Below are positions 1 to 12,792 of a stretch of DNA of 64,000 nt, piece by piece. The notes below the pieces were generated by a model. It had not been told where the DNA came from, searched no databases, and saw only the letters and a program-made list of their open reading frames with translations. This DNA is from Octopus vulgaris (Eukaryota): positions 136,958,001-137,022,000 of the forward strand of contig OX597818.1 in assembly GCA_951406725.2 (NCBI GenBank), written 5' to 3'. Positions within the stretch are counted from its first letter, which is position 1. Each line of letters begins with the position of its first letter. The position numbers and the translations under genes are program-made.

Positions 1-446
1 ATTAAGTTTACATTATATCAAAGCTATAGATAGTATTATGTTGACTTAAACTGATTTAACCCTTTCATTACTGTATTTATTTTGAGATGCTCTGTGTTTC
101 TTTCAATCATTTTAAATATAAGAAAGAATTTAGTGAAACCATTTAGTTATCATTCAGCTAGTGTTAGGAACATTAACTGTGACTAAGGTTTGGTGGAAGA
201 TTTTAATTCAAAACTTATGAAAACAAGATATTTTACCACAGAGCCAGAGCCGGTTTTGGCCACGTTAGCAACAAAAGGGTTAAACTGTGTAACTGAAGTG
301 CTGCTGAATGACTTTAGAATATTATCATTTATTAGCGACCTGCCGAATCATGAGTTACATTTTATAACAATGACTTAAGTAGGGCTCAGAATGGACTGAC
401 ATAGCAGTTTCTGTCTAACAGTCAAACCCATGCCTGAATGGAACAC

Positions 447-514
<68 letters not shown>

Positions 515-515
515 A

Positions 516-997
516 CAGTTGTGGCCAAAAGTTAAGCCTAAGTACAATTTGGTTTAAATATATGCAAGCCCTCTGGCCCCCATGCCGGTGGCACGTAAAA
601 AGCACCATCCGATGGTGGCCGTTTGCCAGCCTCGTCTGGCACCTGTGCTGGTGGCACATAAAAAGCACCCACTACACTCACGAAGTGGTTGGCGTTAGGA
701 AGGGCATCCAGCTGTAGAAACACTGCCAGAACAGACTGGGCCTGGCGCAGCCTTCTGGCTTCCCAGACCCTAGTTGAACCGTCCAACCCATACTAGCATG
801 GAAAACGGACGTTAAACGATGATGATGATAATGATGACAACATATAATTTTGGGCATTTAATATGAAATTCTAATTTTCAGACCTGTTTCAAACTTTTGG
901 CGAAGTAATGGTATATTGCAAATTAAATATAACTTTGGGCATTTAATATAAAAATTCTAATTTTCAGACCTATGTTCCAAACTTTTGGCCACAACTG
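516..997. mobile_element. Tc1/mariner-type non-autonomous element with a nested SINE
   Basis: 18-bp TIRs CAGTTGTGGCCAAAAGTT (516) and AACTTTTGGCCACAACTG (980-997); TA on the right flank, CA on the left; internal ~60-bp duplication at ~844-903/929-991. Confidence 0.75.
575..835 (+). mobile_element. SINE 3' portion ending in (GAT)n
   Basis: GGTTGGCGTTAGGAAGGGCATCCAGC body and GGACGTTAAACGATGATGATG tail; an inverted partial copy lies at ~6013-6130. Confidence 0.65.
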
Positions 998-1514
998 TAC
1001 ATCCATACATACATACATACATGCATAGCACCTTAGAAAATACTAATAACTCTGGGATGCAGGTCGCTAAGATAATTAACAATCTATTTAACAGGGAACT
1101 GCAGAAGCTCAGCCAAACTTAAACCTTGGTTATACATTTATAAAATGCAAGTTGATCTTTTTTTAGGCTCTTTTCTTTTCTGTAATGTTTGTATGTTTAA
1201 AGGTGTGTGCATGCCTTAAACAGACTTCAGAAATCGTATTTCACCATTTGCTAACTTCGGCTGACAGGTGTGCAATTACACAACGTAACAATTTAAAAAA
1301 AAAAAATTGCTTATTGTATTTTTTTTATTGTTTATCAATCCATTTTTTTCTGCTGATTCCAAAAATGCAATTATTTTTTGTGTATCACCAACAGTTAAAA
1401 AAATATCTCGACTTTCAATGTTATTATATATTTGGTATTGTTATAATGTTCTGCTACTAAATGTATGCCTAATTTTCTCTTTCAGACCAATTACTAAGTT
1501 CTGGTACTTTCAGG

Positions 1515-3164
1515 ATGGCTACTAGAGTATGTAAAAATTCTCCAGATACATTTTGTTATGTGTGTGGTTATTATATTGGAAAAAAGCAGGTATTACATAA
1601 GGTCGTGAAAGGTGCCAAATTGTGGATAGCGTACAGACTCTATTTTGGAATGCCCATGGGTGACCAGGACAAACCATGGGCCCCACATGTGATGTGGAAG
1701 CTGTCAATCTACTCTAGAAGGATGGTTAAGAAGTACAGGAAGGTCAATGCCTTTTGCCATTCCAAGGATATGGGGAGAGCCAAAGAACCATCACGATGAC
1801 TGTTACTTTTATATGATCGATGTGACAAAGTCCAGAAAAGTGAAAGGAAGACAAGCTCTTCAGTATCCAGACATACCATCATTTAGAGCACCTGCCCCAC
1901 ATAATGACAGTTTATGAGTACCACTACCACCAGAAAATATTTCATCTGAAGAGTCAACAAGTAGTAGCAGCCAAGAAATGGAGGAAGCTTTCGTACCAAG
2001 AATGACTTCGGAGCCTCACTTTCCAAATCAGAGTGAGCTAGATGATTTAATCAGGGATCTGGCTCTTACTAAGTCAGGAGCTGAACTTCTTTCATCAAGG
2101 TTGAAGGAATGGAATCTACTGGGGGAAGACTGCAAGACATTTGTGTACGGGAAACGCCATGAAGAATTTGAAATTAACTATGAAAATATTAATGATCTGT
2201 GTTATTGTAAAGATTTGATTGGTTTGTTTACTGCTATTGGACTCAAGCATGGTTCTGCAGAATGGCAACTGTTCATAGCTCAACACAAAGACTCAAAGCA
2301 GTGTTGCTCCACAATGGAAATAAATATCCTTTGCCTCTTGCACACTCTATACAGAAGAAAGAAAATTACAATAATATCAAAGAACTTCTTGACAAAATAA
2401 AGTGGGATGTTTGTGGTGATTTCAAGATGCTTGCCTTCTTGCTTGGTTTGCAAGGGGGATACACAAAGTATTCATGTTTCCTTTGCTTATGGGAGAGCAG
2501 AGCTGATGATGATCATTACAAGAGAGTACATTGGCCCCCACGAGCAGAACTGCAGCCAGGAATATTAAATGTTCTCAAACAGCCTCTAGTAGATTCCAAC
2601 AAAATCTTATTGCCCTCACTTCATATCAAACTCGAATTAGTAAAACAGTTTGTGAAGGCTTTAGATTTTAGAGGAGAAGCTTTTCAAGTAATTTGTCTTA
2701 TGCTTCAAAAGCTGTCTGAGGCTAAGATCAAGGGTGGCATATTTGTTGGGTCCCAAGTAAATGCAATGTTAAAGTCGAAGAAACTGGAAAGAGCGATGAC
2801 AAAAGTTGAAAAAGAAGCTTGGTGTGAATTTCGTGATGTAGTTCATGGATTTCTAGGAAATCACAAGGATCCTAATTACAAACAGCTGGTAGCAAAGCTT
2901 ATTGAAAACTTCAAGAAAATGGGTTGTCGTATGTCCTTAAAGGTTCAATTTTTGCACTCTCACCTAGATTTTTTCCATGAAAACTTGAGTGATGTCAGTA
3001 AGGAGCATGGTGAGAAATTTCATCAGGACATCGCAACTATCAAAAGAAGATACCAAGGACGATGGGATACTGCTATGATGGGAGATTATATATGGTCTTT
3101 GGTCAGAAGAGATGAAGGTATACACCCCAGAAAATCTCGATCGTCAAAGCATTTCTCAGCTTAA
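1515..3164 (+). pseudogene. Decayed Chapaev3-like (CMC superfamily) DNA transposase
   Basis: N-terminal CKNSPDTFCYVCG and GDQDKPWAPH; after a frameshift near 1692, MPFAIPRIWGEPKNHHDDCYF; C-terminal DFKM, YSCFLC, LHIKL, FLHSHLDFF, EHGEKFHQDI. At least two frameshifts and an in-frame stop near 1915. Family name from recalled motifs; TIRs not found. Confidence 0.75.
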
Positions 3165-3406
3165 GAAAAGAGTTATCAAGGCATTTACAGTGCAGAGTTT
3201 TATTGTTTCTTTTTGTTCTAACTTATACTTCCTAAATGCCTTTCTATATATGAAAAAATACTAAATATTGTGTAATTATCTTTACAATACTAGAATAGAT
3301 TGAACCAACTAAGTGCTGTAGAGAAAAGTTACAAATATAATGAGCAAATATGAAATTAGGAATAAATGTGATTTTTAAAAAATTTAATGGCAAAAAATGC
3401 ATATAT

Positions 3407-3812
3407 AGGCGCAGGAGTGGCTGTGTGGTAAGTAGCTTGTTTACCAACCACATGGTTCCGGGTTCAGTCCCACTGCGTGGTATCTTGGGCAAGTGTCTTC
3501 TGCTATAGCCTCGGGCCGACCAATGCCTTGTGAGTGGATTTGGTAGACGGAAACTGAAAGAAGCCTGTCGTATATATGTATATGTATATGTATGTGTATG
3601 TGTGTCTGTGTTTGTCCCCCCCAACATTGCTTGACAACCGATGCTGGTGTGTTTGCGTCCCCGTCACTTAGCGGTTCGGCAAAAGAGACCGATAGAATAA
3701 GTACTGGGCTTACAAAAAGAATAAGTCCCGGGGTCGATTTGCTCGACTAAAGGCGGTGCTCCAGCATGGCCGCAGTCAAATGACTGAAATAAGTGAAAGA
3801 GTGAAAGAGAGT
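3407..3812 (+). mobile_element. tRNA-derived SINE family A, full length
   Basis: A-box TGGCTGTGTGG, B-box-like GGTTCAGTCCC, central (TA/TG)n, tail GAAATAAGTGAAAGAG. Further copies at ~15846-16340, 20200-20405, 20615-21000, 23665-24066, 32480-33290(-), 55935-56391(-), 61800-62300, 63940-64000(-). Confidence 0.85.
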
Positions 3813-4267
3813 ATGTGTTACATTGTTATTGGTAAAATAGGACATTTGCCAGTCGAAAACTTTTTTTTTTTCAATACCAGTCTATTAATTTCTATTTTAA
3901 TTATCATCCATCTTATTTAAAAGATATCGTATTGTTCTGCAACATTCCGTGGGCCATTATTTTGGGGCAATTAAAGAGTTTTTGGTCTCGACAAAGTGAA
4001 ACTATTTGTTCGGCAAGTTCCGTAAAACATTTTTATTTCTTTACTTCTTTCATCTTACCCACACACTTCTACATATATACAGAAAAATACATAAACGTAA
4101 ACGATTCGTAAAAACATAAAACATGTATAAATATGTGTGTATGTATATCTATATATATATGATTGTATGTAATTGTGTGAAGTTCCGTATAAAATTTTTA
4201 TTCCTTTAACGTTTATTTTTTGCAGTGAAAAAGACTTGAACATTGACACACACTCGCACATATATAT

Positions 4268-4690
4268 ATTTCTTTACTACTCACAAGGGGCTAAACACAG
4301 ACGGGACAAACAAGGACATAAAAAGGGATTAAGTCGATTATATCGACCCCAGTGCGTATCTGGTACTTAATTTATCGACCCCGAAAGGATGAAAGGCAAA
4401 GTCGACCTCGGCGGAATTTGAACTCGGAACGTAACGGCAGACGAAATACGGCTAAGTGCTAACGTTCCTTATTTTTTTACTACCCACAAGGGGTTAAACA
4501 CAGAGGGGACAAACAAGGACAGAAAAGGGGATTAAGTCGATTACATCGACCACGGTGCGTAATTGGTACTTTATTTATCGACCCCGAAAGGATGAAAGGC
4601 AAAGTCGACCTCGGCGGAATTTGAACTCGGAACGTAAAGACAGACGAAATACAGCTGCGTGCTAACGTTTCTGCCAGCTTGCCGCCTTCG
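4268..4690 (-). mobile_element. SINE family B, two tandem units
   Basis: Two copies of the GTCGACTTTGCCTTTCATCCTTTCGGGGTCGATAAA body with tRNA-like head remnants. Confidence 0.8.
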
Positions 4691-4897
4691 CTTACGCATA
4701 TATAGATACACATACATACATAAATATACATGTTTTTGTTTTCACGAATTGATTACGTTTATGCATTTTAGTGTATATATGTAGAGGTCTGTGTGTAAGC
4801 TGAAAAATGAAGTAAAGAAATAAAAAATGTTTTACTGATTGATTGCTTATTTTGGAATTTGCGAAATATTTCAGTTTTCGTATATTATCAATTAAGT

Positions 4898-4936
<39 letters not shown>

Positions 4937-5641
4937 CATTGTGTACAGTGCTCAGGTGCACTACAACTCATCTAAAGTGTATACATAATCAGGTGTAGTT
5001 TCGGCGGATTTCGGAAAGCATGAGAGCCTTTATTAAAAGTTGTTTCATTATCACAAAAAAAACCTCCCAAAAAACAGCCGCCTCGTTTAGTAACAAGGAA
5101 CAATTAACAAAGCAACTGTTTTTACGCGCATTCAATCTAAGCGCCTTTTAATTATTGAAAGGGTGTGATTTACTGAAATACAAACAGCATGAAGTATTAT
5201 GCAACACAGAGACATGTAACAACAAAGGAGGTGATACGAAAACACCCAATGTTAAAACGTTTTTATGAACTTAGCGCCAACCTGTTTTTTACGCAGAATA
5301 AAAGTACATTTCGTTGTTTACATTCGCTTGAAAATCGGGACCACTCTACGATACTAGTACCCAAGTCTTATCCTTAAAAGCAATAAATGAACATAAATAA
5401 ATATTAATTCTTCTTTAAGGCGATCTTTCGTCTCCTTTAAGGCGATCTACTAGAGACGAAAGATCGCCCTTCTTTAATTTTGAAGTGGGAAGTATTTATA
5501 AACATGTTAATTGCATAAAGTTAATTGAATAACTGTCTAGAAAAGTCGAAGTCGGCAGTCAGATTAGAAAAGTAAAATCAAAGCTAGGAATGTAATTGAT
5601 GGTACCAAAAAAGAAAAAAGGGTCTAATACAAGTGACTTAC

Positions 5642-5705
5642 CAGCAGCATCAGCAACAAGAGAACCGATGACGGCTCCAATTCGACGTTCGGCCACAGTT
5701 GCCAT
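5642..5705 (-). CDS. Probable first coding exon of a crystallin J1/SelJ-like ADP-ribosylglycohydrolase-family gene
   Basis: ATG in good context (AGCATGG) encodes MATVAERRIGAVIGSLVADAA, followed by a phase-1 donor G|GTAAGT. This matches the recalled family N-terminal pattern R..GA..G..VADAA(A.P). Later exons were not found and probably lie left of the window. Confidence 0.7.
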
Positions 5706-6010
5706 GCTTTCCGGACTAAGCACAGGTCTTACTGATGATAACAGGGGAGATGACTTACCCAGAACTTTCATGGAACAAGGGAAGTAAGCTCAGTTATAGT
5801 TTATAATAGAAGAAATAAGATGGGGTCGACTTTGCCTTACGTTCTGAGTTCAAATTCCGCCGGGGTCGACTTTGTCTTTCATCCTATCGGGGTCGATAAA
5901 TAAAGTACCAGTTTCGCACTGGGTCGATATAATCGACTTGAGCCCTTTGTCTGTCCTTGTTTGTCCCCTCTATGTTTAGCCCCTTGTGGGCAATAAAGAA
6001 ATATATATAT

Positions 6011-6052
<42 letters not shown>

Positions 6053-6130
6053 GTTTAACGTCCGTTTTCCACGCTAGCATGGGTTGGACGGTGCAACTGG
6101 GGTCTGGGAAGCAAGGAGGCTGCGCCATGC

Positions 6131-6455
6131 CAGGGTATCCCAGAAGTCTTAAGAACATTTCAAGTCCTCATATCTGCTGGACTATGATTGGTAGTAAGAT
6201 GAAACTGGTACCATTTTAGAGCTAAATTCATTAAGTTTTTTGTAATGCTAATGATTTTTCATATTTTCCAGATCCAGTAATGGCGTTCACTCAACCAGAA
6301 AATGCGTTTTGCGTCCTTGAAGTTGCAAAAACTGAATCATGGACACTTGTTCAACTTGCATTTCGCACAAAATTCTGAAAAGAGGCACCAGAAAGGAAGT
6401 CCATATTGAGATGTCATGGTAAATTCATGAAGGATGGGTGTTTGTGCCCAGCTGA
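6131..6455 (+). mobile_element. Tc1/mariner 5' fragment with DUF4817-like HTH start
   Basis: TIR-like CAGGGTATCCC at 6131; from 6280 MAFTQPENAFCVLEVAKTESWTLVQLAFRTKF*KEAPERKSILRCHGKFMKDGCL, with an internal stop. Confidence 0.7.
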
Positions 6456-6714
6456 GTTGCTACGAAGGTGAATAAAAATTCAGAATGAGGGACTGAAACA
6501 GGTAAAATCCAGTCTACATATGCTTCTTAGCTAGCAAGCAGATCCTCTGATATAATAATTACTCAACGAGGGTTACTTAGCTAGCTACTCACCAGGCCAA
6601 AGATACTTTAATTATATGAAGGCTGCATTGTCCTTAAAGAATCCCAAGTTAATTCACCGAAGATATAATTTGAAATATACACATATATGTATGTGTGTGC
6701 GTATGCATGTATGT

Positions 6715-8868
6715 CTTCTATTTTTCAAATATCATAAATCTACCACTGAGGAGGGAGCCGGTTTCTAACAAAGATACAAGGCTCCATCTTTGGGTTGTAG
6801 TTAACACAGACAAATTCGCATTTGGAACTTTAGAAAAGTCTTGCATATTTTTACTGTTCCACTCACAGATTGCACTTATAATGTACAAATCAGCTGGTCG
6901 ATTTCTCTTTCTGAAAATCCCAGTTTATCCAGATTCTCCTTTAAGCATTTACTAACAAAACCTAGTGCTCCAATTATCATTGGTATGAATATGAATTCAT
7001 AGTCCGGATATAGAAGCTGGAGGTTTCGAAGCAATTGTCCATAGATATCCTCTTCTTTGATTTTCAAAGAGATATTTATATCTGCAGGGCAGCTGACCTC
7101 TATGATGGTACATACCTTTGCACCTCTGTCTCAAACAACAATATCCGGCCTGTTATGTTTACATTTGACAGAAGTTTTGATGGGAATATTCCACCAGTAT
7201 TCCTTGAGTTAGTGTTTATGAATGTATTCCATAACAGATAGATTTTCTAAGTTTATTTCAGGGCAGTCTTTTTTTGCGAATGGCATTGTAAATAGCTTTA
7301 ACAACAACATCGTGCCGCATAGGGAGGTAGTACCATGACGACATTTTAGGACAGCTGCTATTCACGTGCGTAATGTCTTCCACAGAAACATGACATAGCC
7401 TACACATGCGGTTGCACCTTGGGATTACAAGAGCGTCACTGTCTCTCTTGTTCACCTGGCAGTTTGTAGCAATCTCCTGTTCTTGGATTGCAAACGTATA
7501 GACTTCGAAGTGTGATGTGATGTAGTGGTCTTGTGTCCTAGAGAGGCTGTGCTTCATATCAATTCTACTGTTTTCTTCAAGCTTCCAGGAAACATACCCA
7601 TTCATAGTCTTTTTTTTTTTCTTGTATTCTGGGTGTTTCTCATCAAGTCTTCTCTGTTTTGGGGCTGTAAAGGAGATCACCAGGAAGGGAGTGCTTCTTG
7701 AGAAGCTCACTGCCAACTTGTACAATGTTGCTCACTTTACTTTTCAGCACTGCATCCATATATTTATTTTTGCTGCTGTTGTTTAGCAGGTTCTGCCTGA
7801 GTGATACCATACGGCATTCGAAGGCCGTCTGCACTGATCTCAGGCCTCTACCACCTTCATCTCTTCTTAGGTAGAGCCTGTCAACATCACTGTTTCTGTG
7901 GAAGCTCCCAGAATTTTACGGGTTTTGATATCTATGGAATGGATGTCCTCTAAAGACCGATTAAGTATCCCAAATGTTGGGATTAGCACTGGTACTGCAA
8001 ATACACTGTGGGATATTGTTTGCTGCAAGAGGAAAGTTCCGACTGCCATATTTTCCTAAGTCTGGTGTAATATTCTTGAGTAATTCTATGTTTATTTACA
8101 GTGCCTTTATATGATACATTTTCGTCTATGCCTGGGTACTTGTAACATTCTTTATGTGGAATGGGGGAGATAGAGAGACTGTTGATGCACAAGTTTTGGG
8201 TTTGGGGGACTGACTTTCTTAGTTCTATAACCAAATATGAACATTTCTTCTGGCCAAATTCCATACCTATATCAGCCGAAAATGTTATCAATTCCACCTG
8301 TTTTTTGGCATTGTTAACACTTTTAGCATAAATCTTCAGGTCGTCTACAAAGAAATTACAAGTTACATTGATATTTCTGGCAGTTGAAGATCCTAGCATG
8401 CAACCATTTGTTTTCTGCAGTATGAACGATAATGGATTCAGTGCCAAAAGGAAAAGAAGTAGAGAAAGACTATCTTCCTGGAATATTCCCTTCGAAATGC
8501 CTATAATATCAGAAACAACTATTCTGTTCTCAGTTGTAAGGATTGCTGTTCATGTATTTGTGAGTCTCTCTATAGCAGCAATTAAGGTAGTAGGTACTTT
8601 TACCAGATGTAGGCTTTGTTTATTAAAAGTATAGCTTTGTTTATTAAAAGTTGTTTGGCACATCCACACACTCCCTTCTTTCCAACAGCCTATTCATCAG
8701 TCACAATGTTGTTCAATTCACAGTGGTCCTGGAGAAATTGGTTGGGGCATCTTGTGTACAGTTTGTACATAATATTTAGACAAGCAATGGGCCTATAGTT
8801 TCCTGCCATCTCGGTGATTTCATTTTTGGCAACAAGATTTGTCTTTGCTGTAGAAAGCCAATTTAGTA
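6715..8868 (-). mobile_element. Decayed R4/Dong-like non-LTR retrotransposon (RT plus restriction-like endonuclease)
   Basis: NYRPIACLN, GIFQEDSLS, FFVDDLKIY, CRLC..EDITHV..SC, RHDVV, PDIVV, IPMIIGALG across frameshifted ORFs; 3' end adjoins (TATG)n. Confidence 0.85.
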
Positions 8869-8896
8869 TTTGTGTGTGTGTATGTATGTATGTATG

Positions 8897-9008
8897 TTAT
8901 TATTCAGTTTATTTCAAGATTTCTTGCCAATAGAGAAAGAATCGGTTTCTAACCTAGATCCAAGGCTCCTTCATTGGAATTTCAACATCAACAACAGGGT
9001 ATTTTTGT
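8897..9008 (-). mobile_element. Short 3'-end fragment related to the R4-like element
   Basis: Shares CGGTTTCTAAC...CAAGGCTCC with 6759-6786; (TATG)n on both sides. Confidence 0.5.
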
Positions 9009-9021
9009 TTGTATGTATGTA

Positions 9022-9403
9022 CTAGCAGTATCGCCCGGCGTTGCTCAGGTTTGTAAGGGAAATAACTATAAAGCATTTTTAGAGAGTTATAGCCAAAAAA
9101 TAGCCAAAAAATGGAAAAAAATGATGGTAAATTTTTTTTGAGAGTAAAAAGGTGGAGTTGCGTCCCCTAGACAGTTTGCGGTTTGTGTTTCTGATTCTCG
9201 ACCCCATGTTGAATTTATCGATTTTTTTCAGAACTGGGGGAACTTTTCAAAATTTTCGCTGCGTTAGTTTTGAATTATGACATTGGGCTATGTGTGTGTC
9301 AAGTTTCATCAGAATCGGTTGAAAGCCGTGGTCAGGGTGAGGGTACAAGCAAACAGACACACAGAAACACGCACAGACAAACTGCCGTTTATATAGAGAG
9401 AGA
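9022..9403 (-). mobile_element. Non-autonomous Helitron family 1
   Basis: On the minus strand begins TC, ends CTAG after a GC hairpin, sits between A and T; near-identical copy at 32753-33120. Confidence 0.75.
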
Positions 9404-9894
9404 TGTATGTATGTATGTATGTATGTATGTGTATGTATGTATGTATGTTTGTATGTATGTACGTACGTATGTATGTATGTATGTATGTATGTGTGTATGT
9501 ATGTATGTATGTATGTATGTATGTACGTATGTATGTATGTATGTATCTGTGCGTATGTATAGGGTTGTGTGTATATTTCTATTTGTCTCCTTGTTTTCAC
9601 ATCTCGTAATAGTTCAAAGTGATCATCATACAAGCAGTGTCATTTATTTCCAGCCTTTCGTGAAAAATCTCTCTAATATTCTACCTGTTTTATGTTAAAA
9701 CTGATCAGATCCAGCCTCTCTCACCTATCCTACAATGTCATTCTAAAAATATACAAACTCACCATCAAAATCTCAAAGCTACAAGATAATGCGTGATTAA
9801 TTCAAAATAATGTGAATAAATAAGAGATGCATTTAACAGAATAATCTGAATGCTAAAGAGTTAATCTGATTGTAATTAAAATTTTTATACAAGA

Positions 9895-10254
9895 CTAGCA
9901 CTATGATCCAGCAACGCCGGGTCATAGTGCTAGTGCATGCATATACAGCTGCGTGCGTGTGCACATACACGCGAGTACTGTCCAAATCTTCAACCAATCA
10001 TATACAGCTAGCTAGCATTCAATTGGCGTATCAAGTTTCGGGCATTTTGATTGGGTTTTGGATAGAAAATTCAGAAAAAAGTCACTTCTATTGATTTTTT
10101 AATAGCTTTGTGGGGTGACTGGGGAAATGTAAAGATGTGCACTACCACCCTTGGACGGCTTTGAATGACCATAGAAAGTGCGAGCCCTCTAACTGAAAAA
10201 TTGTGGATTTGTATAAAGGACACGCAGACATTTTGCTGTTTATATATAGAGAGA
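9895..10254 (-). mobile_element. Non-autonomous Helitron family 2
   Basis: TCTCTCTATATATAAA start, CTAG end; terminal hairpin CTAGCACTATGA...TCATAGTGCTAG; partial copies at ~10490-10668 and ~16010-16130. Confidence 0.65.
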
Positions 10255-11185
10255 TTTCATGTTGATATGTGTTCCAAATACCAGGTTAATAAGGATAAAG
10301 TTATTTCACTAAGTTCTTCATTTCCAAACTAAAAATGAAGGCACCAGCATGGGTGTGGGTTAAGAAGTTTGCTCCCCAACCATCTGGTCTTGAATTCCAT
10401 CCCACTGGGTTAAAACAAGTCTAAGTGTCTTCTATAATGGCCCCAGGCTGACCAAAACCTTGTGTTTGGATTTGCTTGACAGAACGTGAAAGTGGGGTGA
10501 CTGGGGAAATGTAAAGATGTGCATGATCACTCTTGGATGGTTTTGAATGACCATAGAAAGTGCGAGCCCTCTAACTGAAAAATTGTGGATTTGTATAAAG
10601 GACATGTGCACACACACTCACACACACACACACACACACACACATTTAGCCGTTTATATATATAGAGATTTCTATGAAGTAACAAAGTATGAAATATTTC
10701 CTTCTGACAATAGTAATTAAATAAATTAACACATAACTGAAATGTTTTTTCATTGATCTAGAAAAGATAATAGTTGTAGTCGTTGGCGGCAGTGGCGGCG
10801 ATGATGATAAAGATAATGATGCTAGTGATGTTCCTACTAGGGCAGCCTTTATCGGGCAGACATACAATCAATGACATTCTAGACATGACCATCTCACCTC
10901 TTTTCCCTTTATGCAATGAATTTTGAACCACATTATCAAATGTGTCCTTTTTCTAAGAGGGTAATGTGTGATTTTAGAGACAAATTTTGACTACTATTTC
11001 TAGCAGGTTGACTGACTACTTAGAGGCTACCTTTGTTTGCTGGAAAAGACAATGAATCATTGTAATGATCCATAGATAACGTCACATGATCACACTGAAG
11101 TCATCACATGATGACAAAGGCTTATTGCGGCCCACCATTTACTCGGTATATTATATGATGTAATGCACTTTAGATGAGAGAATAA

Positions 11186-11187
<2 letters not shown>

Positions 11188-11279
<92 letters not shown>

Positions 11280-11291
11280 AAGAAAGAAAGT

Positions 11292-11335
<44 letters not shown>

Positions 11336-11524
11336 AACAGCGAGACTAAAAGACAGAGAGAAACAGTAAGCGAGAGGCAGACTGACTGAGAGAGAGAGAG
11401 AGAGAGATGGAAAGTGAGAGTTTGTGAGTGAGTGAGTGAGTGAGAGAATGAGAGAAAGAGAGAGAAACAGAAACAGACAGACGGACAGATAGACAGACAG
11501 AAACAAAAGAATAACGACAGTCAA

Positions 11525-11596
<72 letters not shown>
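11188..11596. repeat. (AG)n/(AAAG)n microsatellite block
   Basis: Direct reading. Confidence 0.95.
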
Positions 11597-11658
11597 TAAT
11601 TATTAAAATACTAGTGCAGAAATGCCTTTATGCGCAGGTGTGGCTGTGTGGTAAGAAG

Positions 11659-12792
11659 GTGGCGAGATGGCAGAAACGTTAGCACGCCGGGCGAAATGCT
11701 TAGCGGTATTTCGTCTACCGCTACGTTCTGAGTTCAAATTCCGCCGAGGTCGACTTTGCCTTTCATCCTTTCGGGGTCGATTAAATAAGTACCAGTTATG
11801 CACTGGGGTCGATATAATCGACTTAATCCGTTTGTCTGTCCTTGTTTGTCTCCTCTGTGTTTAGCCCCTTGTGGGTAGTAAAGAAATAGGTATTTCGTCT
11901 GCCGCTACGTTCTGAGTTCAAATTCCGCCGAGGTCGACTTTGCCTTTCATCCTTTCGGGGTCGATTAAATAAGTACCAGTTATGCACTGGGGTCGATATA
12001 ATCGACTTAATCCGTTTGTCTGTCCTTGTTTGTCCCCTCTGTGTTTAGCCCCTTGTGGGTAGTAAAGAAATAGGTATTTCGTCTGCCGCTACGTTCTGAG
12101 TTCAAATTCCGCCGAGGTCGACTTTGCCTTTCATCCTTTCGGGGTCGATTAAATAAGTACCAGTTACGCACTGGAGTCGATATAATCGACTTAATCCGTT
12201 TGTCTGTCCTTGTTTGTCCCCTCTGAGTGTAGCCCCCTGTGGGTAGTAAAGAAATAGGTATTTCGTCTGCCGCTACGTTCTGAGTTCAAATTCCAACGAG
12301 GTCGACTTTGCCTTTCATCCTTTCGGGGTCGATTAAATAAGTACCAGTTTCGCACTGGGGCCGATGTAATCGACTTAATCAGTTTGTCCTCTCTGTGTTT
12401 AGCCCCCTGTGGGTAGTAAAGAAATAGGTATTTCGTTTGCCGCTACGTTCTGAGTTCAAATTCCGCCGAGGTCGACTTTGCCTTTCATCCTTTCGGGGTC
12501 GATGAAATAAGTACCCGTTACGCACTGGGGTCGATATAATCGACTTAATCCGTTTGTCTGTCCTTGTTTGTCCCCTCTGAGTGTAGCCCCTTGTGGGTAG
12601 TAAAGAAATAGGTATTTCGTCTGCCGCTACGTTCTGAGTTCAAATTCCGCCGAGGTCGACTTTGCCTTTCATCCTTTCGGGGTCGATTAAATAAGTACCA
12701 GTTACGCACTGGGGTCGAAGTAATCGACTTAATCCGCCTGTCTGTCCTTGTTTGTCCCCTCTGTGTTTATCCCCTTGTGGGTAGTGAAGAAA
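11659..12792 (+). mobile_element. SINE family B hexamer (one head plus six ~184-bp units) inserted in a family A SINE head
   Basis: Units start at 11705, 11889, 12073, 12257, 12427, 12611; TAAGAAG duplicated at 11652-11658 and 12793-12799. Confidence 0.9.

Noticed and set aside
1-5640. Second exon of the J1/SelJ-like gene
   Set aside because: No matching phase-1 exon could be found by eye in this interval.
11705-12792. CRISPR-like regular array
   Set aside because: Whole units repeat with no unique spacers, no cas genes, and the context is eukaryotic SINE sequence.
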